Assembly (NCBI GenBank): GCA_034530875.2
Contig: JAVRCJ020000060.1
Span: 1-32,517, forward strand
Direction: 5' to 3'
Origin: Nostoc sp. DedSLP01
GTDB taxonomy: Bacteria; Cyanobacteriota; Cyanobacteriia; Cyanobacteriales; Nostocaceae
DNA: 32,517 bases
How positions within the stretch are numbered: position 1 is the first letter of the stretch; each line of letters opens with the position of its first letter. The notes under the pieces were generated by a model. That model ran no database searches. It was given only the letters and a program-made list of their open reading frames with translations, and was not told where the DNA came from. The translations under genes were made by a program, and so were the position numbers. Shown piece after piece: positions 29,477 to 32,517 of this stretch.

Positions 29477-30160
29477 TTACTCCTTATACCAACTTTTCTG
29501 CCATTGCTGCATTTGTTTAATTTCTGTATCTTGGGCTTTGATAATTTCTTGGGCTAATTGCTTGATTTGGGGGCGCTGAGACTTAGCTAAGGCGTCTTGT
29601 GCCATTTTCACAGCGCCTTCATGGTGAGGAATCATCGCATTAATAAAGCGCAAATCGAATTTAGCATCAGCCGCGCCTAAGTCCTGACTCATCATCATGG
29701 CTTGCATTTGCTCAGGCGACATTTGCATCGTATGACCCATTTGGCTGTGATAAGCCATTGGTTTATTTCCAGCGCTGGGATACCAAGCTTTTCGCCACTG
29801 TTTCATGCGGGTGATTTCTTGGTTTTGCGATTTGATGATATTGTCTGCTAGTTTTTTGATTTCAGGACGTTTGGATTTTTGCTGTGCAACTTTTGCCATT
29901 TCCAAAGCCCCTTGGTGGTGCGGTATCATCGCATCGATAAACCGTAAATCAAATTCAGCATCGGCTGGGCCTAAATCCATTCCCATGCTGTGATTTATAT
30001 GGTGGTTACTAGGATTAGTGGCAGTTGGGTTTGGGGTTTGGGTTGGGTTCTGGGAAGCAGCATTGGAGCAGGCTGTGAGTAAACCAGACCCTGAAGCGAT
30101 CGCTGCAAAGGTTAACGCTAAAAAACCATTCTTTAAAGATAGCAGTTGCATAAGTTTCAT
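29477..30160 (-). CDS. DUF305 lipoprotein (CopM-like, putative copper-binding)
   Basis: Lipobox LTAC, two FDLRFI.AMIPHH.GA..MA repeats, Met/His-rich. Confidence 0.88.
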   Translation of the reverse strand: MKLMQLLSLKNGFLALTFAAIASGSGLLTACSNAASQNPTQTPNPTATNPSNHHINHSMGMDLGPADAEFDLRFIDAMIPHHQGALEMAKVAQQKSKRPEIKKLADNIIKSQNQEITRMKQWRKAWYPSAGNKPMAYHSQMGHTMQMSPEQMQAMMMSQDLGAADAKFDLRFINAMIPHHEGAVKMAQDALAKSQRPQIKQLAQEIIKAQDTEIKQMQQWQKSWYKE

Positions 30161-30264
30161 CCAACATTTTTCTACTTCTATATTTATTAGTCAGAAATGA
30201 AATTACGATGAAATCTCCAAAAAAATTTTAGAAAAAGCATTCAAAAGTCAAAATCAATTTTATC

Positions 30265-30464
30265 TAATACCAATTTAAAAAAAAATGCAACAAATAAACC
30301 ATTTGTAGAGACACGATTCATGAGCCAGCGCGTTGTGGGGGTTATACCATTTCACTCAATTCTTGATACAAATCATTTTTCTTTCTTCCTCTGCCTCCTC
30401 TGCTTCCTCTGCTCCCTCTGCTTCCCTAAATGTATCAACCTTAAAGTGAAACGGTATTACCCCC
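30265..30464. repeat. Nested miniature repeats (MITE-like IR element containing STRR, within other repeat fragments)
   Basis: IRs ATACCATTTCACT (30344-30356) / AGTGAAACGGTAT (30445-30457) and TGATACA/TGTATCA; preceded by half-REP GTAGAGACACGATTCAT and AGCCAGCGCGTTG. Confidence 0.7.
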
Positions 30465-30671
30465 TTTTTAAGGCCAGGGCTGTTTCATTCTCTAAAACAG
30501 TTAAAATTGCAAATGTTGAGGGGATAAAAATCATGAGTGCTTCTCTGATTGAACATTGGCGATAAGTTGTTGGCGAAGCCTCTCGAAGAGAAGATTTCAG
30601 AACAACTGATGGTCGAACGACATCCACTTTGGTTGGTCTTGCTGTTAGTTAAATTTCTATCAATATAAATC

Positions 30672-31352
30672 ATGACTATAATTCTTACTAACGATGACGG
30701 TATAGACGCTCCTGGTATCCGAGCGCTCCTAAAAGCTGTAAACGGCAAAAATACGATTATTGCGGCTCCTGCGGATCATCAGTCTGGCTGCGGACATCAA
30801 GTCACAACTACTCGTCCTATTACCCTCGAACGACGTTCGGAAACTGAATATGCGATCGCTGGTACTCCCGCTGATTGTGTGAGAATTGCAATAACACAAA
30901 TCAACACCAATGTCAAATGCGTACTTTCAGGTATTAACGCTGGCGGCAATTTGGGAGTCGATACCTACATTTCTGGTACAGTTGCCGCTGTGCGAGAAGC
31001 TGCAATGCACGGTATTCCGGGAATCGCGATTTCCCACTATCGCAAAGCCAAGCAAAATTTTGATTGGGATTTGGCTGCGAAATTGACAGTTGAAGTTTTA
31101 GCCGACTTACTCCAACGTCCTCTCGAACCAGGAACTTTTTGGAATGTAAACTTACCACACGTGCAACCAGGAGAACCAGATCCTAAAGTGGTGTTTTGCC
31201 AACCTTGTATCAAACCGTTACCCGTCGATTATCGCGTTGAGGGTAATGATTTTTATTATGTTGGAGAATATGGCAAACGCGATCGCACTCCTGGTAGCGA
31301 TGTTGATGTGTGTTTTTCTGGCAATATTGCCGTGACTAAGTTAAGAGTTTGA
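30672..31352 (+). CDS. surE: 5'/3'-nucleotidase SurE
   Basis: ILTNDDGI.APG, QSGCG, GTPADCV and SGINAGGNLG.D.YISGTVAA.REA. Confidence 0.95.
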   Translation: MTIILTNDDGIDAPGIRALLKAVNGKNTIIAAPADHQSGCGHQVTTTRPITLERRSETEYAIAGTPADCVRIAITQINTNVKCVLSGINAGGNLGVDTYISGTVAAVREAAMHGIPGIAISHYRKAKQNFDWDLAAKLTVEVLADLLQRPLEPGTFWNVNLPHVQPGEPDPKVVFCQPCIKPLPVDYRVEGNDFYYVGEYGKRDRTPGSDVDVCFSGNIAVTKLRV

Positions 31353-31604
31353 AATCAGGGGAATGGGGAAAAGAAATATTAAATCAATATAGGAATCCGG
31401 TTTGATTACTGAAATTATTTGTGTAGTCAGGGAGTAGGGAATGGGGAGTAGGGAGTGGGAAAGAAGCCTTGTTTGGGTGTACTGATGTTTTTTCACCAAA
31501 TCAAATATGATTCCTATAGTTCTTTTTCGTCTATACATAGCAGATTTTCAGCCGTGGTTTAAATCCAAGCCTTGAAAATGTCTTTAATTTTGAATTTTGA
31601 ATTA

Positions 31605-31952
31605 TTAATCACCCACCCCTTGAATTAAATACATAAATCTATCTAGAGTTTTTGTTAGTTCGTTGAGTTTTTGCAGTGAATTCTGCTGAGATTCAGCAAG
31701 AGTTTGTACTGCATCACATAAAGCAACAATTTGATAGCCTTGTTGCTGCACCTGCTGTCCCTGTGCTTCTACTTGCGTACTGACAGTTTCCAATCTTTCT
31801 GCAAGACGTTCAATTGTCTCAGTCGTAGAAAGTACTGCTTCTCCAATTTGTTCCACAATAGACTCCAAGCGATTGATTTTTACTTCAACTCCTGTTGAAA
31901 TAATTTGTTTACCACCAGAATTCTGAGAGAGTATCTTTGTCAAATTACTCAT
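31605..31952 (-). CDS. Hypothetical coiled-coil protein
   Basis: 115 aa, heptad-patterned and Q/E-rich. Confidence 0.65.
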   Translation of the reverse strand: MSNLTKILSQNSGGKQIISTGVEVKINRLESIVEQIGEAVLSTTETIERLAERLETVSTQVEAQGQQVQQQGYQIVALCDAVQTLAESQQNSLQKLNELTKTLDRFMYLIQGVGD

Positions 31953-32517
31953 TTGATTGAAAATAATTAGTTTTTGTACGAATACGGGATAACAAAATCA
32001 TGCCAACAATATGTATGATTTTGTTGTTTGATGCATTTATCTAATGCTTTTGTTGGGGCGTTTTTATGACAATTTAATTTGATTTTTGAACTTAACTGGC
32101 GTCGTTAGAGAAGCGATTAATTGCAGCCTCTACAGAACTAGAAATTAAGCTTTTTAGTTGAGAGCAAGTTTTTTCAAAAATCAAATAGAAATCCTATAAG
32201 TAATTCATCAATTTAAATTTTTACTCAATCTTCTTGATTAGATATCTAAAATAATTAATCGTGTATAAAAATACATATTTTGATACAATTATCTTCTCCT
32301 TGGGGATTTTACAAAAATTCAGTAAATCTAGAGCTAAGATGGATACTTTTAATAAGGCTAAATTTGTAGTTTCTTGAAGTCTAAGTAATTAGACCCTTGC
32401 TATTTACAGCAGTTTTCATTTACATGAGGTACAAAGTTACGGGTTTTGAGGCAGGAGGCAGGAGGCAGGAGGCAGAAGGAAGGAGTTAGAAAGAAACTCT
32501 TTATGTTTGATGAATCA

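Larger units (their letters stand above)
175..31285. repeat. HIP1 octamer GCGATCGC dispersed throughout
   Basis: Many copies in both coding and intergenic DNA (e.g. 175, 700, 815, 6293, 18906, 21103), a cyanobacterial genome signature. Confidence 0.95.

Noticed and set aside
31953..32517. AT-rich terminal region
   Set aside because: I can support no ORF or RNA motif here apart from an STRR array at 32449-32475.

Overview
This is a cyanobacterial window, almost certainly from a heterocystous Nostocales strain: HIP1 GCGATCGC octamers are very dense, heptamer STRR arrays and GTAG/REP-like palindromes are present, and the 3' end of psbA sits at the left edge. Most genes are housekeeping or common accessory genes: Uma2 nuclease, recR, a 2OG-Fe(II) oxygenase, a multi-PAS hybrid kinase, NupC, an LpxB-related protein with an MsbA-like ABC exporter, DUF429, a GT4 plus a GT-like orphan, beta-carbonic anhydrase, trpS, metF, an Rpn nuclease, a PsiE-like protein, a TPR protein, an EF-G paralog, UPF0182, DUF305/CopM-like and surE. 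The most unusual segment is 21.0-22.7 kb. There a small gene fuses a bacteriocin-type double-glycine leader to a single beta/gamma-crystallin domain. It lies upstream of a C39-peptidase ABC exporter that has been broken by an internal deletion and fused to an IS5 end, and both genes are preceded by copies of one ~100-bp non-coding block. Other notable signals are a probable ACG start codon for recR, an internal RBS+ATG in the Rpn gene (a candidate intragenic antitoxin), an EF-G paralog lacking the catalytic His, and nested miniature repeats. All calls come from reading the sequence and recognising motifs; no searches were run.
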